The notes beneath the pieces are model-generated. The model was not told where the DNA came from. It searched no databases and saw nothing but the letters and a program-made list of their open reading frames with translations. From positions 32,001 to 96,000 of IMG/VR virus record IMGVR_UViG_3300021478_000019: a stretch of 64,000 bases of DNA; one strand, written 5' to 3'. Shown one piece after another: positions 17,341 to 24,928 of this stretch; the first letter of the stretch is position 1; every line of letters begins with the position of its first letter. This DNA is from a virus. The position numbers were made by a program, and so were the translations under genes.

Positions 17341-17841
17341 ATGACCACCACCTACTGCCCCTCCAGCCACGCCCACTACGTCTACGGGCCCACCGCCCGC
17401 AGCCTGGTCTGTGACGCCTGTGCGGCCACCTTCGTCGAGGAGCCGGGCACCGGTCCCGGCCACATCCCCCTGCACACGCCGGTGGAGGCCAACCCCACCG
17501 TGTTTGAGGCCAGCCCGGCCCCGACCTGCACCGTGCTGTTCTCCACCGGCCCCTGCGGCCAGCCCGCGGTGACCACCTTCACCACCGCCGCCGGGCGCAC
17601 CTACTACGAGTGCGCCGACCATGACGCCTCGCCCCGCCTGCTGGGCCGAGAGGGCACCACGGCCCGCCTGGGGGAGAAGGTCATCAAGACCAGGAGCCAG
17701 GCGCCCTACGCCCTGGTGAGCCGGTCCAGTGGTCGCCTGGTGGGCTATGCCCACAGCCAGTCCCCGGCAGTCCTCGACCGGGCCCGCCGCCTGGACGCCC
17801 AGGTGCTGCCTATCACTGATGGCAAGGTGGTGGTGCCCTGA
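17341..17841 (+). CDS. Cys/His-containing hypothetical protein
   Basis: RBS GAGAGG; followed by a hairpin. Confidence 0.7.
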   Translation: MTTTYCPSSHAHYVYGPTARSLVCDACAATFVEEPGTGPGHIPLHTPVEANPTVFEASPAPTCTVLFSTGPCGQPAVTTFTTAAGRTYYECADHDASPRLLGREGTTARLGEKVIKTRSQAPYALVSRSSGRLVGYAHSQSPAVLDRARRLDAQVLPITDGKVVVP

Positions 17842-17869
17842 GCCCCTCACAACCGAGCAGCAGACCAGG

Positions 17870-17894
17870 AGCCGCCCACCAGGGCGGCTTCTTC
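17870..17894 (+). terminator. Terminator ending the rightward early unit
   Basis: AGCCGCCC-ACCA-GGGCGGCT followed by TCTTC. Confidence 0.6.
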
Positions 17895-18846
17895 GCGTCC
17901 GGGCCCACAGCAGCCCTGAGAGGGGAAATCCCCTCGTCGAGCCCCTGCAAGCCTCAGCTGCCCCAGGATTGCACGTAGCAGCCAGAATGGGTGACGGGGC
18001 CAGAACAGGGGGTGCGGGGCACAGGGAGCCGTACAGGGGGCTCTCAGAGGATTGAGGGCAGAACAGCAGCTGGAAATGCCCGGATATCGGCCCCAACCGT
18101 GTGTGGCCAGGCATGAAATGTACCCATAATCAAGTGACCATTTCGCAGATTGCCCCCGCGGACCCCCATTTACCCCCGTTCCGACCCTCCCACGCCACCC
18201 CGTACCGCCCTCCTGAGCCCCTCCACCGGCCTCCTGTGCCATGCCCTGCCCGCACACGGGCCAGCCCCAGCCACCCCACATGCCAGGCCATCGCCGCTCA
18301 CAGGGTACGGCAGGGAGTAGGCGCCAGCTACCACATACCAAGGGCACATACCAGTCAGGTAGCAACTACCGCCCGAGCCCTACCCCCCCACCGCCTGGAC
18401 AGGGAGCCACCTGGCTCAGCAGCCCGTAGCAGGAAATCCAGGGCAGTACAAGTCGACCAGATAATCTTGGTTATCCGTACATAGGCTCTGACCAGGGGTT
18501 ATGTGAAAATGAAAACAGCTTCTTAGGCTCCGTTGGGAGAGAGTTGGGCATTTTCTCAGACTCCCAGCCACCCAGCCACCAGGCCGGTAGCAGACCCCCC
18601 ACCCTTAAGCAAGCCGCCAACGGTGGGCCCACCACCCCACAGGGGTTCGTGGGTGGGGAACGGCTGGGTAGTACCTCAAAAAATGAGCAAATCTAGTACC
18701 TCACGAAAGTGCTGGTCAACGAGGTGGGGGAGGAAAGAGCGTTGCTAAAACAGCAGGTCAGAGCAGGTATCGAGCTACCAGGAGGAGCAAATCAAGGGTC
18801 AGAACCAGCTACGATTTAGAGGTTTGAAGGCAGCAGAGGAGCAAGT

Positions 18847-19119
18847 GTGACAGACCAACCAGAAGAGCAGCAGCCTACGGTGGGAGCAGTGGTGGAGATC
18901 AGGGATAGGTCCCTAGCTGACCAGGCCAGCTGGTGGAGCGAGCAGATGGACGCCCTGGCTGCCGACCTGTATGAGGCCGATCCCCTGGCCTGCACCCAGG
19001 TAGCTGCTTGCTCCGTATTCCTGGGCCAGGTGGAGGCCAAGTTCAGGGAAACAGAGGACCAACTGCGGGCCATAGAGGCGTCGGTGGACCGCATGAAGGC
19101 GCTGGCGAGTAAGGCGTGA
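18847..19119 (+). CDS. Coiled-coil hypothetical protein
   Basis: RBS GAGGAG before GTG; first gene after the non-coding kilobase. Confidence 0.7.
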   Translation: MTDQPEEQQPTVGAVVEIRDRSLADQASWWSEQMDALAADLYEADPLACTQVAACSVFLGQVEAKFRETEDQLRAIEASVDRMKALASKA

Positions 19120-19352
19120 GCGATGATGCCAGAGACATGTGGCGGGCCTACAACCAGGACGGGAGCAAGCGGTGGCAGGAAGGTGGGGATCCGGTGAGCG
19201 AAGAGAAGAGTGAAGCCCCGGAGGGGTACCGGAACCTGCCCGGCTTCCTCTACATCAAGGCGTGCCTGCGCTGCGGCGCCCTGGTCACCGACACCGAGTT
19301 GCACACCGCCTGGCACGGGCGCCTGACCGGGCCCCCGGTGCGCCCATCGTGA
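19116..19352 (+). CDS. Small protein with C..CGA...H..WH motif
   Basis: GTGA overlaps. Confidence 0.55.
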   Translation: MSDDARDMWRAYNQDGSKRWQEGGDPVSEEKSEAPEGYRNLPGFLYIKACLRCGALVTDTELHTAWHGRLTGPPVRPS

Positions 19353-19549
19353 GCGTCTACGAGCGCGGCTTCTGGGGCGACGTGTGGGACGAGACCTTCC
19401 ATGCCAACCACCCCGAGGGCGGCTGTGGCTTCTCCTGGCCTTTGCTCGACCCCAACGAGGAGGACCAGCGCAACATGATCGCCCACCAGTGTCGACGAGA
19501 GCCCGACCACCAGGGCCGGCATAAGTGCGCCTGCGGGGAGCAGGCGTGA
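19349..19549 (+). CDS. Small Cys/His-rich protein
   Basis: HQC....H.G.H.C.CG; GTGA overlaps. Confidence 0.55.
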   Translation: MSVYERGFWGDVWDETFHANHPEGGCGFSWPLLDPNEEDQRNMIAHQCRREPDHQGRHKCACGEQA

Positions 19550-19773
19550 GCGACACCTCCCATGGCTACGACTATCCCCCGCCCGTAGACGACGATCACG
19601 CTCTGCTGGTAGGGGCGCTGGTGGGCATGGTCATGCACGCCCGCCAGGAGGGGTTCGACTACACCGCTCGGGTTCTGGATGACGAGCATGGGAACCACCT
19701 GGCCACCTTTGAGGTCACGGCGCCCTCCGGGCGGTACCTGATCCATGTGGTGAAAGCGGTAGAAGATGGCTGA
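19546..19773 (+). CDS. Small hypothetical protein
   Basis: GTGA overlap chain. Confidence 0.55.
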   Translation: MSDTSHGYDYPPPVDDDHALLVGALVGMVMHARQEGFDYTARVLDDEHGNHLATFEVTAPSGRYLIHVVKAVEDG

Positions 19774-19975
19774 CCTGGTCTCCTGGGACATGACCGACCC
19801 GCATAACCCCCAGCCCGTCATCTACCCCGTCTGCCCGGACTGTGGTGAGCCGTACTACTACAGCCAGTACCTCAGCCTGGCCGATGGCAAGTACCACTGG
19901 GCCTGGTCGAAGCCGGCCAAGGTGCCCAAGGGCTGCCGGCACAAGGGGGAGGCCCAGGTGCGCGACACCCGATGA
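19766..19975 (+). CDS. Small zinc-ribbon protein
   Basis: CPDC...CRH. Confidence 0.55.
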   Translation: MADLVSWDMTDPHNPQPVIYPVCPDCGEPYYYSQYLSLADGKYHWAWSKPAKVPKGCRHKGEAQVRDTR

Positions 19976-20036
19976 TGCTGGCCGTGTTGCTCTTGATCGT
20001 GTTGGCCGGCGGGCTGGTCCTGTACGCGGTGCGGAG

Positions 20037-20255
20037 ATGAGGTGCGAGGCCGACCAGTGGGGCCGAATCACTGGCCAGGCATCCGGGCCGTGTCCCAACG
20101 AGGCCACCCACCTGGAACTGTGGTTCGACGAGGAGGGCGTCGAGGTCTGGCTGTGCGACCCCCATGGCGACCGCCCTATCGACTTAGCTCCCACCGTGGT
20201 GGCGCTCGATGAAGCTGACCACCCCGTTGGCGAACCACTTGAGCCCCCGGTGTAG
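20037..20255 (+). CDS. Small Cys-containing protein
   Basis: MRCEA...CPNEAT...LCDPH. Confidence 0.5.
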   Translation: MRCEADQWGRITGQASGPCPNEATHLELWFDEEGVEVWLCDPHGDRPIDLAPTVVALDEADHPVGEPLEPPV

Positions 20256-20600
20256 GCGGTCGATGTGCCCGTCGTCGGAGAAGCCGATGGGGCGGTTCTC
20301 CCACTCCACCTCCGGTTTACCTCCCGTACTCACCCCCGACATCACCAGCAGGAAATCCCGGCTCTCGTCGAAGGGCTCCTCCCCTCGGGCGGTACGAATA
20401 TCCAGCAGGTAGAACTGGTCGAGGTCCAGGTCGACATGGGCCATGACCCACAGGTAGCAGTAGGCCCGGCCATCCCGGCTGAGGGGGATGCCATCGGCGC
20501 CCTGGCCGTCGAAGTCGCGGGCCTTCTCCTCTAGGAAGTAGTGGGCGATGTCGATCCCTCCGGGTACGTCCCAGAAGGGGGCTTGCTCTTCTTCTGTCAT
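20184..20600 (-). CDS. Acidic hypothetical protein
   Basis: RBS AAGGAGG before MTEEEQ; TTGACA upstream. Confidence 0.65.
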   Translation of the reverse strand: MTEEEQAPFWDVPGGIDIAHYFLEEKARDFDGQGADGIPLSRDGRAYCYLWVMAHVDLDLDQFYLLDIRTARGEEPFDESRDFLLVMSGVSTGGKPEVEWENRPIGFSDDGHIDRLHRGLKWFANGVVSFIERHHGGS

Positions 20601-20684
20601 AACTCCTCCTTCACCTATTACAAGGAGGACTGACGTCGGAAGTGTCAAACTTGTCCGGGGTTTTTTTCGTGGTACGTTCCCCCC

Positions 20685-20939
20685 ATGGGCCGAGTCGGGA
20701 AGCTGCTGGCGGTCGGAGCCCTGGTGGCCGGCCTGGTAGTACCCACCGTCCAGCTGGCTCGCAGCGCCGCCGACTACTCGGCCCCGCCGCGGCTCCACTT
20801 CGGCCCGGTGATCTTGAGCCTGCCCGCCACCACCCCCCACCTGGTCACCTACCAGGACCCCGTCCTCACCACCGGCTCCCTGGTCCTGCTGGCCGATGAC
20901 GACAGCCCCCAGCTGCTCCTGCAGGTGCTGAAGATATAG
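20685..20939 (+). CDS. Small secreted or membrane protein, leaderless
   Basis: TTGTCC-N16-TACGTT-N6-ATG; N-terminal signal-like segment. Confidence 0.65.
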   Translation: MGRVGKLLAVGALVAGLVVPTVQLARSAADYSAPPRLHFGPVILSLPATTPHLVTYQDPVLTTGSLVLLADDDSPQLLLQVLKI

Positions 20940-20940
20940 A

Positions 20941-20966
20941 AGAGGGCCCCCCGAAGGGGGCCCTCT
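20941..20966. terminator. Hairpin between convergent genes
   Basis: AGAGGGCCCCC-CGAA-GGGGGCCCTCT. Confidence 0.75.
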
Positions 20967-20999
20967 CGTCATGGCCGAGGATTTGGAGGCTCGACCAGA

Positions 21000-21545
21000 T
21001 CAGTGCAGGTTGACGAAGCCGACCGCCGTGATGCTGTCGGTCTCAAAGGCGCTGTTGTTGGCGTTGAAGTTGCAGGTGCCGTTGATCCGGCGGGGCTGGG
21101 TGCCCTGGATACGGACGTTGGCCAGCAGGTTGCCGGTGGCGTTGCGGTAGTCCCCGGTACCCCGCACGATGGTGACGTTGACGCCGTTGACCCGCCCGGT
21201 GAAGGCACAGGTGAACGGGTTCTCACGCCCAGGCACGAAGGTGCCCCCGGTGTGCAGGACGGTGATCGAGCCATTGGGGTCGACCAGGGTGGTGCGGCCA
21301 CTGTTGGGCGGGTCAAGAGGCCGGGAGGGAATGTCGGTGGCGTTGCCGGGCCCGGTGACGGGGCCGCGGCTGGAGGTCCAAGGACCGACGCTAAGACCGC
21401 CGCCCACCGAGTACTGAGTGGCGTGGATGACCTCGATACCGGCTCTGGGCGCCGCTCCTGCGGACGAGGCCAGCAGGCCCCCGGCGGTGCCTCCTACGAT
21501 GGCCAGTGCGGAGACGGCCAACAGGCCGCGCTTCATGATGTTCAT
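21000..21545 (-). CDS. Secreted protein with a predicted allene-oxide-cyclase/dirigent-like beta-barrel; similar to 2237..2692
   Basis: Signal peptide MNIMKRGLL...AGA; IVRGTGDYRNATG motif; two Cys. Confidence 0.65.
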   Translation of the reverse strand: MNIMKRGLLAVSALAIVGGTAGGLLASSAGAAPRAGIEVIHATQYSVGGGLSVGPWTSSRGPVTGPGNATDIPSRPLDPPNSGRTTLVDPNGSITVLHTGGTFVPGRENPFTCAFTGRVNGVNVTIVRGTGDYRNATGNLLANVRIQGTQPRRINGTCNFNANNSAFETDSITAVGFVNLH

Positions 21546-21600
21546 GCTTTTTCCCCTTGCTTGCTGGCTGTGTGCCGGCGTCGAAGTTAGCAGAACGACC

Positions 21601-21625
21601 GAGGGCCCCCACAAGGGGGGCCCTC
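21601..21625 (-). terminator. Hairpin after the HTH gene cluster
   Basis: GAGGGCCCCC-ACAAG-GGGGGCCCTC. Confidence 0.7.
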
Positions 21626-21647
21626 TGAACATTCGGTGTACGGGGGA

Positions 21648-21884
21648 TTACTCCTCCAACTTCCAGCTGAAGTCCTCGGCGTACTTCTCCGGGGAGTAGT
21701 CGCAGGCGTCGTCGGAGATGATGTGATAGGCCGAATAGCCGCCCTGGCCGCTTTCGGCGGCGTTGCCCATCCTGTACTTGGTGGCAAAGGCTTCGGCGGC
21801 GCCGGTGTCGGGGAACGGCCCGATGACTGGCGGGGAGATGACACCGTCCTTGGTGTCATCTACCTCGATCAGGTAGGCGCTCAT
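21648..21884 (-). CDS. Small hypothetical protein
   Basis: IGPF.....AEAFA motif; ATGA overlap. Confidence 0.6.
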   Translation of the reverse strand: MSAYLIEVDDTKDGVISPPVIGPFPDTGAAEAFATKYRMGNAAESGQGGYSAYHIISDDACDYSPEKYAEDFSWKLEE

Positions 21885-22291
21885 GGCAGGGACGCGGCCA
21901 GCAGCTGCAGATTGGCCTGGGCCACGTTGATGATGGCGCCGACGACCTGGTTGGACCTGGGGTTGATGATGCCCATGCGGACCAGATCCGGCTCCCAGGC
22001 CCGGATCAGCCGGGTCCCGAAGTCGTCCACCTGCTGGTGGCTCATGGTGCGGGCGTCAGCGGTGCTGGCGCCGACGTGCCACACGGCGTTGCGAGTGCGA
22101 CCGGTGCGGTGGATGACGTACAGCGTCTGGCTCCGGGGCAGGCGCTGCACCTCCTGGTACGCCTGGATCATGTTGCTGGCCTCCCAGGTCGACACCCCCA
22201 GGTCGTAGGCCAGGGCGGCATTGTTGAAGGCCAACCCCACCCCTCCCTGGTTGCTCACATAGTTCTCCAATATTTCCCATCGTGCCGGCAT
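21881..22291 (-). CDS. Putative winged-helix protein
   Basis: RBS AAGGAGG; F....LAYDLGVS..EAS.MI helix-turn-helix-like segment. Confidence 0.65.
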   Translation of the reverse strand: MPARWEILENYVSNQGGVGLAFNNAALAYDLGVSTWEASNMIQAYQEVQRLPRSQTLYVIHRTGRTRNAVWHVGASTADARTMSHQQVDDFGTRLIRAWEPDLVRMGIINPRSNQVVGAIINVAQANLQLLAASLP

Positions 22292-22309
22292 GGCGGCACC
22301 TCCTTTTGG

Positions 22310-22921
22310 TTATGAGACGGCGAAACGGGCTTCCGCCAAGGTGAACGAGAACGCCTCAAAGGCGGCGTTGACGGGGGCCATGGCTTCCTCGGTGGCGGCG
22401 CCCTCGGAGATGGCTTTCTGCAGATATTCCTGGGCCTCCGTCAGAGCCTGAACGCATAGGACCAGGCCGGTGCTGGCCAGGGCCCGTCGCACCGGCTCCA
22501 GGGCTTGATGCGTCCGGGCCACGCTGGCCTTGCGACCGGCTTCGGAGGTGTCGATGCCGGCCCGACGCAGCTTTAGTTCGTGATAGATGGCGTCCTGGGT
22601 CTTCGTGTCGGCAGCCATGATCCCGTCCACCACCGCGGTGGGCTCCGCGGTAGCGGTACGGGTGACGTCACGCTTCTGCCAGGAGATCGGACGTGGTTGG
22701 GGCGATCGCCCTTCGACCGAGTTCTTCAGCCAGTTCCTGAACACGCTTGGGTCGATCCCCATGTGGACGGCAAAGGAGCGCGCCGTGACCTTGACGGTGC
22801 GGCCCAGGGCATCTCTCTCGTCGGTGGGCTGGTTTTCGTAGCGGCGGAACACGGCCACGAAGCCCTCCTTGTAGTCGCCACACTCGGTGATGATGTCGTT
22901 CCAGTTGATGATGTTGTCCAT
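22310..22921 (-). CDS. Putative HTH DNA-binding protein
   Basis: RBS AGGAGG; TARSFAVHMGIDPSVFRNWL. Confidence 0.7.
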   Translation of the reverse strand: MDNIINWNDIITECGDYKEGFVAVFRRYENQPTDERDALGRTVKVTARSFAVHMGIDPSVFRNWLKNSVEGRSPQPRPISWQKRDVTRTATAEPTAVVDGIMAADTKTQDAIYHELKLRRAGIDTSEAGRKASVARTHQALEPVRRALASTGLVLCVQALTEAQEYLQKAISEGAATEEAMAPVNAAFEAFSFTLAEARFAVS

Positions 22922-22932
22922 ATGTCCTCCTG

Positions 22933-23709
22933 TTAGTTGATGGTGATATAGCTGCCCTGGCCGATATCCCCGACGCCTTCTTCTCGACCAGGGAACATCT
23001 TGCGCTGAAGGATCTTCAGGGTGCGGATGACCCGTTCGATGTCACGGTCAACGATCTTCAGCTGGGCCGGGATGGTGGCCGGCAGGTTGTCGAATTCGGC
23101 CACATAGGGGCCGACGATCCTGAGGAACGCCTCGATTTCCTTGTCCAACCGCTCCCAATACTGGTGCCGGCGCAGGGCATGCTCGCCGGCAGCCTTGCTG
23201 AGCTTGATGGCCTGCTTCTGGGCCTCCACGGCCCGACGTTCGTCCTCCTCCTCGTACATGCGGATGACGGCCAGGTTGCGGCGGGCGTTACGGCTGTCCT
23301 CCGCGGTGGCCTTGAGCCCTTCACGGACCTCGGGGTCGGATAGCTCCTCCCACAGGGCGTTGATCCGGGCTTCCAGCTTCTCTTGCCGGGTGGGCTGGGC
23401 GAAGGGCACGGGCTCGCCGGCTTCGGCGGCTTTCCGACCGGATTCGGTGATGTCCCAGACCATGTTGGCTTTGCCCGAGGCGCTCTGACGGCGCCCGGCC
23501 TGGACGACCAGGCCGGCTTTCCGTAGCTCGTTGCGCCGGGGGCGCAGCAAGTCGCCGGGGATACCGGTGGCTCGCTCTAGTTCGGCATCGAGGAGGGGCA
23601 CGTCAGCGATGGCCAGAATCTGAAGCACTCGGAGGCGCACCTCTGCCGCTGACCACGATGTGAAAGAGGAGGGGCCGGCGTCATCCGGCCCCTCCTTTTC
23701 TCCGATCAA
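22933..23709 (-). CDS. Winged-helix protein with a coiled-coil C-terminus; true start probably near 23640
   Basis: DAELERATGI....LRPRRNELRKAGLV....R....G....VW; the annotated N-terminus overlaps a hairpin. Confidence 0.7.
   Translation of the reverse strand: MIGEKEGPDDAGPSSFTSWSAAEVRLRVLQILAIADVPLLDAELERATGIPGDLLRPRRNELRKAGLVVQAGRRQSASGKANMVWDITESGRKAAEAGEPVPFAQPTRQEKLEARINALWEELSDPEVREGLKATAEDSRNARRNLAVIRMYEEEDERRAVEAQKQAIKLSKAAGEHALRRHQYWERLDKEIEAFLRIVGPYVAEFDNLPATIPAQLKIVDRDIERVIRTLKILQRKMFPGREEGVGDIGQGSYITIN
23667..23696 (-). terminator. Hairpin directly after the 23706 gene
   Basis: 12-bp stem AGGAGGGGCCGG/CCGGCCCCTCCT followed by CTTTC on the minus strand. Confidence 0.7.
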
Positions 23710-24305
23710 ACGGAGCCGGCAGCCAGGGCCAGCCGCTCGGCCACCTTGGCCGAGGCGTTGGTGGTGATCTCCTGGGCGTCGTTCTTGAACTCGTCCAGCA
23801 GTTCGGGGGCCAGCTGGCCGGCATAGCCGACATCGCGGACCACGGTCTTGGCGATCCGGGTGCCCACCTTGTCGGCGTCGCGCTCAGCCACCTCGCCCCG
23901 CTCGGACATGATGCCGCGGGCCGCATCCTGGCGGTCCACCACACTGATCACCCCGGTCACGAAGTCGCAGACGTAGACGTGACCGTTGGTCACGAAGTTG
24001 CGGTTAAACCGCGACCTCGGGGTGAGATAGGTCTTGAGCCGGGTGATATACCAGACATCGTCCAGCCCGTAGACCTCGGGGGTGACCCCGGTGGCGTTGA
24101 CCATGCCGGTCGCCAACTCGCCGCTCTCAACGAGCGGCTCCAGGTTGCTGAGGATGCGGCCCATCTCCGTGGGCACGTTGAACTCCAGTTCCGGCTCCCC
24201 CGGCTTGCCCACCGGGCCACGGGTGACCTGGTAGACGAGATTCTCATCGGTGGCGACGAGAACCTCCACCTCCTCGGGGTGTTCCATCAAGCGAGTGGAT
24301 TTCAC
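23706..24305 (-). CDS. Hypothetical protein divergent from the integrase
   Basis: GTG after RBS GAGGAG; C-terminal half resembles 21881..22291. Confidence 0.7.
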   Translation of the reverse strand: MKSTRLMEHPEEVEVLVATDENLVYQVTRGPVGKPGEPELEFNVPTEMGRILSNLEPLVESGELATGMVNATGVTPEVYGLDDVWYITRLKTYLTPRSRFNRNFVTNGHVYVCDFVTGVISVVDRQDAARGIMSERGEVAERDADKVGTRIAKTVVRDVGYAGQLAPELLDEFKNDAQEITTNASAKVAERLALAAGSV

Positions 24306-24852
24306 CACTGCTCCTCTCTGTTGGAAGCTCGCCACAGGCGGGCTTGTGGTCTGCCCCGGAGGTAAATCAGATCACCACCGGTGATCTGGGTTTCCGAGGC
24401 ACCGCCATGTCTACCATCTCTTATCCCCAGGTGCAAGCGTTTTCTTCCACATGCATGCGCGTTCCCAAGCATGCCGAGACCGCATACTCCCTGGTACTGG
24501 GCGGTTCTTGCTGGTACTCGGTGGTACTGGTGATGCCTGTAGTTGTCCACAGGTTCCTCTGGAGTCCACTGATTACCGGTATTGACCGCCCGTGACCTCT
24601 GGCGTCAGGAAAACCGGACGCCAGCGACTTCCAGCGACCTGCGGCGGAACGAGAAGGCCCCCCGCGTCCGGGGGGCTCCTCCCTGGGATGGTGTCAGGGG
24701 CCGTCGCCTACCTGCCATGCCCTGCTGACGGATTCGCGGTGCCGTTGCCTCTGTGTGCCTCATTGGCTCTGCGCTGATGGCGGTGCGGGCCGTCACCGGT
24801 GACTATATCATCTTCGGTTCTCGGGGGTAACGGGCCCTGACCAGGGCATTTA

Positions 24853-24915
24853 CAGAAAAGGGGCACTATCCGCTCATTGAGGGGCATGACTGCTCATATG
24901 GTGCCCCATTTTCTG
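24853..24915. other. Candidate attP site
   Basis: Imperfect inverted repeat CAGAAAA-GGGGCAC / GTGCCCCATTTTCTG ending 13 nt upstream of the integrase ATG. Confidence 0.55.
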
Positions 24916-24928
24916 GTACCGTGTGGGC

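Noticed and set aside
10910-24844. C(A/T)GGTCAG(A/G)GC motif at 10910, 18485, 18753 and 24834
   Set aside because: Similar matches also occur inside coding sequence (near 56307 and 58601), so specificity cannot be shown by eye.
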